64,000 bases of DNA from Candidatus Eiseniibacteriota bacterium (GTDB lineage Bacteria > Eisenbacteria > RBG-16-71-46). The notes under the pieces were generated by a model. The model was given only the letters and a program-made list of their open reading frames with translations. It made no database searches and was not told the origin of the DNA. Shown piece after piece: positions 57,265 to 64,000 of this stretch. A program made the translations under genes and the position numbers. The DNA lies in assembly GCA_963744995.1 (NCBI GenBank), contig CAVUWA010000011.1:416001-480000 (forward strand), written 5' to 3'. Numbering within the stretch: position 1 is the stretch's first letter; the number at the start of each line of letters is the position of its first letter.

Positions 57265-58240
57265 GCGACGGCTCGAGATCCTCGGCGTCGCTCGACTGGT
57301 TCGTCCCCTGGCCGATCGAGCCGTTGCCGACCGAATAGTTCCACACGTCGAACTGGCCGAGACCGTTCGCGCGATCGGACTCGAACGACATCACGCTGGC
57401 ATCGCTGTTGAGCGTCGGCTGGCGCTCGTCGGCGGCGGTGTTGAGCTCGGGCGCCAGCGTGGCGAAGCTCCTGCTCTGGATGTCGTACAGGTACAGGTCG
57501 TAGCCGCCCGCCCCGCCCGCCCGGGTCGAGGCGAACGCCAGCCAGCGACCGTCCGGGGTGAGCGCAGGGTCGGTGTCGGTGGAATCCGAGACGAGATCCG
57601 GCAGGTCGAGCAGCGAGTCGCCGTTGAAGTCGTAGACGAAGATGTCGGGATTCCCGTTGCGGTCCGACACGAACGCGATCAGCGCGCCGGTCTGATCCGG
57701 TGCCGGCGCCCAGTCGTCGAACCCCGCCGGCGCGTCGAGCCCCGGCAGCAGCCGGAACACGTCCTGGACGCCGTTGTAGTAGCGCAGCCGGCGCACGCCG
57801 AGCGTGTCGCGCACGAACACCAGCGCGAGCGCGTTCCCGGTGAACGCCGGCTCGTCGTCGCGGCCCGGGCTGTTGATTCCCGGCGTCGGCGCGAGCTGCG
57901 ACTTGGTGAGGTCGTAGACCAGGATGTCGTAATCGCCCATGCCGCCGGCGCGGTCGGTCGCGAAGGCGAGCACCTGCGCGTCGGAGCCGAGCGAGGGCCG
58001 CCGCTCGGCGGCCACGGGGTCGTTCAGTCCCGGCAGCTTGTAGAGCAGCAGGCCGTCGAGGTCGTAGAGGAAGATGTCGAACGTCCCGTTGCGGTCGCTC
58101 GCGAATGCGACGAGATGCGTGCCGAGCTGCGTCACCGGGGGCGCGGTGGTGCTCTTGCCGCCGCAGCCGGCGAGTGCGAGTGCGAGGAGCGCCGCGGGGG
58201 CGGCGCGAGCGAAGGCCGAAACGACGAAGCGCGCGTTCAA
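57251..58240 (-). CDS. TolB-like PD40 beta-propeller lipoprotein
   Basis: Lipobox LAGC; repeated AF.SDR.G..DI..YD and P.LTPDG; start approximate. Confidence 0.87.
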   Translation of the reverse strand: MNARFVVSAFARAAPAALLALALAGCGGKSTTAPPVTQLGTHLVAFASDRNGTFDIFLYDLDGLLLYKLPGLNDPVAAERRPSLGSDAQVLAFATDRAGGMGDYDILVYDLTKSQLAPTPGINSPGRDDEPAFTGNALALVFVRDTLGVRRLRYYNGVQDVFRLLPGLDAPAGFDDWAPAPDQTGALIAFVSDRNGNPDIFVYDFNGDSLLDLPDLVSDSTDTDPALTPDGRWLAFASTRAGGAGGYDLYLYDIQSRSFATLAPELNTAADERQPTLNSDASVMSFESDRANGLGQFDVWNYSVGNGSIGQGTNQSSDAEDLEPSLRWP

Positions 58241-58527
58241 GATGGGCGCACTGTAGCGTGGACCCTTCCCGGACCGCCAGCCGGGAATGCGAACGGCCGC
58301 AGCGGGCCGCCGTGCCGCGCGCCCGGGTGGCATCGCGCGCCGGCGCCCGCCCCGCCGCGGCACTTGTGTGCTCCGTGCAAAGTCTGCCCGCGGTGGCGCC
58401 GTGTCCGCACCGGGCCGGGCGTTTGGTGCGTTGGCGGCGCGCGCGACGGACGGATCCGTCTTTGCGGATGCGCGCGCCGCCACTATGCTTCGTCGCTCTC
58501 TCGGCTGCGATCGATGACACGGGGTGG

Positions 58528-59835
58528 ATGCAGATGATGTGGTTCGGAGTGCTCGTTCTCGCCACGGCGGCGACCGCCGCGCCCGCGGATACCGGCGCGC
58601 GCGCGATCACGCTCGATCAGGCGCTATCGCTCGCGCGCCAGTACGCGCCCGAGGCCGTGCAGGCCGAGGGCCAGCAGCGCACCAGCGCGGCCGCGCTGCG
58701 TTCGGCGTATGCGTCGTTCCTGCCGAACGTGTCACTCAGCTCGGGCGCGACGCGCCAGTACCCCTCGGGCGGCGGCACACGGATCGAGAACGGACAGGTG
58801 ATCCAGCTGCCTTCGAGGCCGTGGTCCTACAACGGCAGCCTGTCGGCGAACGTGACGCTGTTCAACGGCGGGCAGCGGATCTTCGAGCTCGGCCAGGCGA
58901 AAGCCGACCGGCGCGCCGCCGAGGCGAGCGGCGTGACCAGCAGGTTCGCGCTCGCCCTGTCGGTGAAGCAGCAGTACTTCAACGTGCTCGCCGCGCGAGA
59001 ATCCGAGACGGCGGCGAAGGCGCAGCTCGAGCAGGCACAGCAGCAGCTCGCGACGGCGATCGCGCGGGTCCGCAACAAGGCGGCGACGCGCTCGGATTCG
59101 CTGCGCTCGGTGATCCAGCTCAACACCGCGCGCCTCGCGGTGCTCGGCGCACGGAACGACGTCGAATCCGCCGCCGCCGGCTTCACGCGCGCGGTGGGGA
59201 CGCCCTACCCGGTGACCGCCGCCCCGGCCGTACCCGGCCAGGACGAAATCACGATCGATGCCGCGGCGCTCGAGGCGATGGCCGCGAACGGTCCCGGCGT
59301 CACGCAGGCGCAGGCGCAGCTCGACGCGGCGCAGGCGGCACGGCGCATGTCGTGGGCGAGCTACCTGCCGTCGGTCAACGCGAGCTACTCGCGCGGCGCG
59401 AGCGGGACCGACGAGAAGTTCGGTTTCGGCGCCGACGAGTACGACTTCAACGGTTCGCTTCGGCTGTCGATTTCGCTGCCGATCTTCAACCAGCTGCAGC
59501 GCGAGGAGCAGGTGGTGCGCGCGCAGGTGGCGGTCGAGAACGCCGAGGCCGCGCTGCGCGACGCGAAGCTCGCCGCAACGCAGAGTCTGACGCAGGCGCT
59601 CGGCGACTATCGGCTCAATGCCGAGCGGGTGTCGGCGCTCGCGGCCTCGCTCGAGGCGGCCGAAGAGGACCTGCGCGTCCAGCAGCAGCGCTACGCCGCG
59701 GGCGGTTCGACGCTGCTCGACGTGCTGACCTCGCAGACCCAGTTGAATCAGGCCCGCCACGACCTGATTCGCGCCCGCTACGACCTGCGCGTCGCACGGG
59801 CGCAGATCGAAGCCGTCGTCGGAAGGGACCTGTGA
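58528..59835 (+). CDS. TolC-family outer membrane efflux protein
   Basis: ITLDQAL, FLPNVSL, VKQQYFNVL, YLPSV, RY.AG.STLLDVL. Confidence 0.92.
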   Translation: MQMMWFGVLVLATAATAAPADTGARAITLDQALSLARQYAPEAVQAEGQQRTSAAALRSAYASFLPNVSLSSGATRQYPSGGGTRIENGQVIQLPSRPWSYNGSLSANVTLFNGGQRIFELGQAKADRRAAEASGVTSRFALALSVKQQYFNVLAARESETAAKAQLEQAQQQLATAIARVRNKAATRSDSLRSVIQLNTARLAVLGARNDVESAAAGFTRAVGTPYPVTAAPAVPGQDEITIDAAALEAMAANGPGVTQAQAQLDAAQAARRMSWASYLPSVNASYSRGASGTDEKFGFGADEYDFNGSLRLSISLPIFNQLQREEQVVRAQVAVENAEAALRDAKLAATQSLTQALGDYRLNAERVSALAASLEAAEEDLRVQQQRYAAGGSTLLDVLTSQTQLNQARHDLIRARYDLRVARAQIEAVVGRDL

Positions 59836-59903
59836 TGCACCCGAATCATGCCCATTGCCGGGTCCGGCACGTTGGCCGCGACCCTGAATCGAGGAGAGAA
59901 GAG

Positions 59904-61388
59904 ATGGCCGTCGCCGTGCCGTCCCCGCCGTCTGCCCCGCGCCGCACCGCGATGCGTGCCGCCGCCCTCGCCGCGGGGGCGCTCGCGCTCGCCGCGCTCG
60001 CGGGCTGCGGGATGTTCAAGAAGGAATCGCCGAAGGCCGAGATCCCGATCGAGCCGGTCGAGCGGCGCACGATCGCTCTGACCGTCGAGGCGACGGGAAC
60101 GGTCGAGCCGATCGATCTCGTGGAGGTGAAGTCCAAGGCCTCGGGGCAGATCCTCAAGATGCCCGTCGCGGTCGGCTCGGTGGTGAAGCCGGGGGACCTG
60201 CTCGCGCAGATCGACAAGGTGGACGTGCAGAACGCGTACGACCAGGCGCAGGCGGCGCTGGTCGCGGCGGAGACGCGCTCCAGGGTGGCCGCCGCGCAGA
60301 AGCAGCGCTCGGACGACCTGCTGGCCTCCGGAGTGATCACCGCGGAGGAGCACGAGACGACCGAGCTCGACTTCGCCAACGCACAATCGGCGCTGGTGCA
60401 GGCGCGCACCAACCTCGACACCGCGCGCCAGCGTCTCGAGGACGCCACCGTGCGCGCGCCGATCGCCGGCACGATTCTGTCGCAGCCGGTCGCGGTGGGG
60501 CAGGTGATCTCGTCCGCGACGAGCTCGGTGAGCGGCGGCACGACGCTGCTCACGATGGCCGACCTGTCGCGGATCCGCATGCGCGTGCTGGTCGCCGAGA
60601 CCGACATCGGTCACGTCAAACCGGGCCAGCCCGCGACGGTGACGGTGGACGCCTATCCCAACCGGCCGTTCCGCGGCGTGGTCGAGAAGATCGAGCCGCA
60701 GGCGGTGGTGCAGCAGTCGGTGACGCAGTTCCCCGTGCTGGTCTCCATGAGCAACGAGGACGGCCTGCTGCTGCCGGGCATGAACGGCGAAGTCACGATG
60801 CTGGTCGCGCGCGCGAACGACGTGCTGGCGGTGCCGGTCGACGCGTTGCGCGGCATGCGCGAGGCCGGTCAGGTGGCGACGGCGCTCGGGCTCGAGCCCG
60901 ACTCGATCCGCGCGCGCATGCGGGCGGCGATGACGGCGTCCGTCGCCGGCGCAGGCGGGACGGGCGGCGCCGGCGTGGACTCGGCGCGTGCGGCGCGGCG
61001 CGCGGCCCGCGCACGGCGCGGCGGCACGGGCGGGTCTGCGAACGGCGGCGGCGCACGGGCGGGCGGGTTCGGTGGCGCCGGCGGGGGCCGCAGCTTCGGC
61101 GGCGGCGCGGCGGGCGGTGCGAACGGCGCCTCGCAGATCCAGGTCGCGTTCGTGAAGAAGGGCGAGCGCTACGAGCCGCGCGTCGTGCGCGTCGGCATCA
61201 GCGACTTCGAATACACGCAGGTGCTGAGCGGCCTCGAAGAAGGCGACGAAGTCGCACTGCTGAGCGTGGCCGAGATCCAGGCGCAGCGCAACGCGCTCAC
61301 GCAGCGCATCCGCTCGCGCATGGGCAGCGGCCTGACCAACAGCAGCAGCAACAGCAGCAACAGCCAGCGCTCCGGCGGCGGGCGCTGA
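59904..61388 (+). CDS. MacA-like periplasmic adaptor (membrane fusion) lipoprotein
   Basis: Lipobox LAGC, ATGTVEP..VEVKSKASG, VRAPIAG, LLPGMN, VLSGLEEGD; alternative start at 59835. Confidence 0.92.
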   Translation: MAVAVPSPPSAPRRTAMRAAALAAGALALAALAGCGMFKKESPKAEIPIEPVERRTIALTVEATGTVEPIDLVEVKSKASGQILKMPVAVGSVVKPGDLLAQIDKVDVQNAYDQAQAALVAAETRSRVAAAQKQRSDDLLASGVITAEEHETTELDFANAQSALVQARTNLDTARQRLEDATVRAPIAGTILSQPVAVGQVISSATSSVSGGTTLLTMADLSRIRMRVLVAETDIGHVKPGQPATVTVDAYPNRPFRGVVEKIEPQAVVQQSVTQFPVLVSMSNEDGLLLPGMNGEVTMLVARANDVLAVPVDALRGMREAGQVATALGLEPDSIRARMRAAMTASVAGAGGTGGAGVDSARAARRAARARRGGTGGSANGGGARAGGFGGAGGGRSFGGGAAGGANGASQIQVAFVKKGERYEPRVVRVGISDFEYTQVLSGLEEGDEVALLSVAEIQAQRNALTQRIRSRMGSGLTNSSSNSSNSQRSGGGR

Positions 61389-61410
61389 CGGCGAGGCGGA
61401 GGACCGGGCC

Positions 61411-62628
61411 ATGCTGATCGCAGAGACGCTGCGGGTCGCCATCGAGGCGCTGCGCGCCAACAAGCTGCGCTCGTTCCTCACCATGCTCGGCATCGTGATC
61501 GGCGTCGGCGCCGTGATCGCGATGGTCGCACTCGGCCGCGGCGCGCAGCAGTCGGTGAACGAGCGCATTGCCGCGCTCGGCACCACGCTGCTCTCGGTGC
61601 GCCCCGGTCAGGGGTTCGGGCGGGGCCGTGTAGCCGGCGCAGACCGGGCCGAGCTGACCTTCGACGATGCGGCGGCGATCGAGAAGGAGGCCACCTACGT
61701 GACCGCCGTTCAGCCCGAGATCGAACGCTCGCTGCAGGTCCAGTACGAGAACCGCAACACCAACACCGACATCGTCGGCACGACGCCGAACTACCTCGAG
61801 GTGCGCAAGTACGCGATCGAGTACGGCAAGATGTTCGATCAGGCCGACGACGCCGGCCGGCGCCGCGTCGCCGTCGTCGGACCGCAGGTCGTCTCGGACC
61901 TCGAGATCGCGAACCCCGAAACCCTCGTCGGCGGGACCATCCGCATCGGCGGCATCCAGTTCACCGTGGTCGGCGTGCTGGCCAGCAAAGGGCAGGTCGG
62001 TTTCGGCAATCCGGACGATCAGGTGCTGATCCCGATCCAGACCGCGCGGTACCGGCTGATCGGCGGTGACCAGCTGCGACAGATCGGCGCGCTCGCCGTG
62101 TCGGAGGCGGACGTGCCGCTGGCGATGGCGGAGATCCAGAAGATCCTGCGGCGATCGCATCGTCTGCGCGCCGGGCAGGAGGACGACTTCTCGGTGCGCA
62201 ACCAGTCGGACTTCCTCTCGACGCTCGGCGAGACCACGCAGGTGTTCACGCTGCTGCTCGCCGGGATCGCGGCGGTGAGCCTGCTGGTCGGCGGCATCGG
62301 CATCATGAACATCATGCTGGTCTCGGTGACCGAGCGGACCCGCGAGATCGGGATCCGCAAGGCGCTCGGCGCGACGCAGATGAACATCCTGCTGCAGTTC
62401 CTGATCGAGGCGGTGGTGCTCTGCATGCTGGGCGGGGTGATCGGGGTGGTGATCGGCGGCGGCGGCGCGGTGGTCATGCGCAATTTCTTCAACTGGAACA
62501 CCGCCGTCGGCCCGTCTTCGGTGGTGATCGCGTTCCTGTTCTCGTTCGCAGTCGGCATCCTGTTCGGGGTCTGGCCCGCGCGCCGCGCCGCGTCGCTCGA
62601 TCCGATCGAGGCGCTCAGGTACGAGTAG
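61411..62628 (+). CDS. MacB/FtsX-family ABC transporter permease (no fused ATPase)
   Basis: NKLRSFLTMLGIVIGV, GGIGIMNIMLVSVTERTREIGIRKALGA, PARRAA.LDPIEALRYE. Confidence 0.95.
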   Translation: MLIAETLRVAIEALRANKLRSFLTMLGIVIGVGAVIAMVALGRGAQQSVNERIAALGTTLLSVRPGQGFGRGRVAGADRAELTFDDAAAIEKEATYVTAVQPEIERSLQVQYENRNTNTDIVGTTPNYLEVRKYAIEYGKMFDQADDAGRRRVAVVGPQVVSDLEIANPETLVGGTIRIGGIQFTVVGVLASKGQVGFGNPDDQVLIPIQTARYRLIGGDQLRQIGALAVSEADVPLAMAEIQKILRRSHRLRAGQEDDFSVRNQSDFLSTLGETTQVFTLLLAGIAAVSLLVGGIGIMNIMLVSVTERTREIGIRKALGATQMNILLQFLIEAVVLCMLGGVIGVVIGGGGAVVMRNFFNWNTAVGPSSVVIAFLFSFAVGILFGVWPARRAASLDPIEALRYE

Positions 62629-62649
62629 CGGCGGCCGGGGGACGACCCG

Positions 62650-63114
62650 GCGTGATGTGGTCGACGGCCGCGGCCCGCCGCTTTCGCGCGAGATCGTGGG
62701 CTGGTACACCCGGCCCACCATCCACCGCGAGCTCGTGCTCGATGCCGCGCTGATGGCGGTGCACCGCACGCGTCGCCATCACGCGCTCGCGTACTCGGAT
62801 CAAGGCACGCAATTCGGCAGCGATGCGCGGCGGCACTTCTGCCGCTCGAACCACCCCGAGTCGAGCATGTGTCGCAAGAGCAACTGCTGGGACAATGCGG
62901 CGGCCGAATTCTTCTTCGCCAGCAGAAGAAGGAGCGGATCAATAAGCAGAGCTACAAGGACCACGAGCTAGCTACGGCCGATGTGTCCGACTACACCTTG
63001 GCGTTCGACAATCGCTCACGCCGCCATTGCCATTTTCGACGCGTCAGTCCCGAGCAGTTTGAAGCAGTCCACAAGACGGGGCGCCAGGGTATCCACTCAA
63101 TCCTGGCAACTCCA
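62650..63114 (+). mobile_element. degenerate IS3-family element remnant (3' part of orfB and right end)
   Basis: SREIVGW, YSDQGTQF, NCWDNAAAEFFF, a frameshift, then KKER...NR.RRH..SPEQFE; terminal TCCACTCAATCCTGGCAACTCCA ends in CA. Confidence 0.85.
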
Positions 63115-63156
63115 GTCATCGCTTCGCCATCGGGATCTCTCAATGTTCGGCGCTCT

Positions 63157-63531
63157 CTATCTGGCGGGCACCCGCACCAACGGGCCTGACGGTGCATCAC
63201 CGTCCCCGACGAGCCTGCGTTCCACGTATAGGGAGTCGCCCCGTAGGACAAGGGTGACAAGCGTGGGTGTTGGCCCTCCCGCGATCGCGAAATCGAGGGC
63301 ACCGTTCGGTCGAACCAATCCCGAAGCTGCGGCGTCCTTCCAGTAGCCGAGCACCCGCCGCGCGTCTTGTTGATAGAGATACAACGTAGCGTCCGACTCG
63401 CCAGTCTTCCATCTTCCGGTGAATGGAAATACGCGCTCGCGCTCGGTGGCAGAGCGATGCCGTGGCGAGGAGCAAGCGACCAGTACGGCAAGCAGAAGGA
63501 CAGCATACAACAAGGTGCGTTTTAGCGTCAC
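63157..63531 (-). CDS. hypothetical lipoprotein (lower-GC region)
   Basis: Hydrophobic N-terminus with LVAC lipobox; FTGRW. Confidence 0.55.
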   Translation of the reverse strand: MTLKRTLLYAVLLLAVLVACSSPRHRSATERERVFPFTGRWKTGESDATLYLYQQDARRVLGYWKDAAASGLVRPNGALDFAIAGGPTPTLVTLVLRGDSLYVERRLVGDGDAPSGPLVRVPAR

Positions 63532-63545
63532 GGCAAGCCTTGGTA

Positions 63546-63935
63546 CTATTCTGAGGAGCTACTAGCGGGGGCCAGGTTCACGTTCACGACATGCGAGTTC
63601 AGGCCATACCATGATCCCGTGGCCGCGTCGATAATTACCGGAACCAAACCACCGAGCACATCAAGAATTACCCAACCGGCGCCAACACCGTTGTTGAGCG
63701 TAGCGGTGGCCTCCTGTCCATGCTTCTTGAACGTGATGACGTAGCTCTTCTTGTTCGACAGCTCCAGCGACATGGGAGTAACGCCCATGCGATTGCCGTC
63801 AATCCAAATCTCTGCTCCGCTTGGATTCGTTTGCATGGCAACCGACGAGTTCTTCGCTGCGAAGATCGTCGCGCATCCAGCGAGCATCGCAATAGCGGGA
63901 ACCACGAGCAACAGCCTTCCGAGCCCGATTCGCAT
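63546..63935 (-). CDS. PEGA-domain lipoprotein
   Basis: GGAGG RBS; LAGCATI, TNPSGAEIWIDG..GVTP, IIDAATGSW. Confidence 0.85.
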   Translation of the reverse strand: MRIGLGRLLLVVPAIAMLAGCATIFAAKNSSVAMQTNPSGAEIWIDGNRMGVTPMSLELSNKKSYVITFKKHGQEATATLNNGVGAGWVILDVLGGLVPVIIDAATGSWYGLNSHVVNVNLAPASSSSE

Positions 63936-64000
63936 GACGACCTCCGTCACAATCTCTAGAGACAATGGCTTCAACTGATAGTGGAAGGGACTCCCGCGAG

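Noticed and set aside
61338..61366. AAC/AGC triplet run at the end of the adaptor gene
   Set aside because: In-frame Asn/Ser low-complexity tail, not a phase-variation tract.

Overview
High-GC (about 70% by eye) bacterial chromosomal segment, densely coding, with no rRNA, tRNA or CRISPR array seen. Repeated FlgD-Ig/T9SS-like C-terminal domains, GT-C/TPR membrane proteins and the MoxR-DUF58-BatA operon suggest a diderm FCB-associated candidate lineage such as Ca. Eisenbacteria (inference only). Housekeeping genes are mfd with a PpiC-type foldase, sdhCAB, a class II ribonucleotide reductase (nrdJ), a PfkB kinase, two CaCA antiporters and a TolC-MacA-MacB-type exporter with no ATPase gene in the window. 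Accessory content includes two LytS/LytTR systems, four GT-C-like membrane proteins (three TPR-fused), a LamG lipoprotein, an S8 protease and two tandem secreted EEP nucleases/phosphatases sharing one C-terminal domain type, two orphan remnants of that domain, a tiny PEP-CTERM protein behind a sigma54 promoter with candidate enhancer, a degenerate GGDEF protein with an intact RxxD site, an HD-GYP protein, a diheme cytochrome c-TPR fusion preceded by a LytTR-type direct repeat, a frameshifted BatA/vWA gene, about 1 kb of unexplained non-coding DNA upstream of nrdJ, and an IS3 remnant at the start of a lower-GC region at the right end. All calls come from manual motif recognition; no database search was run.
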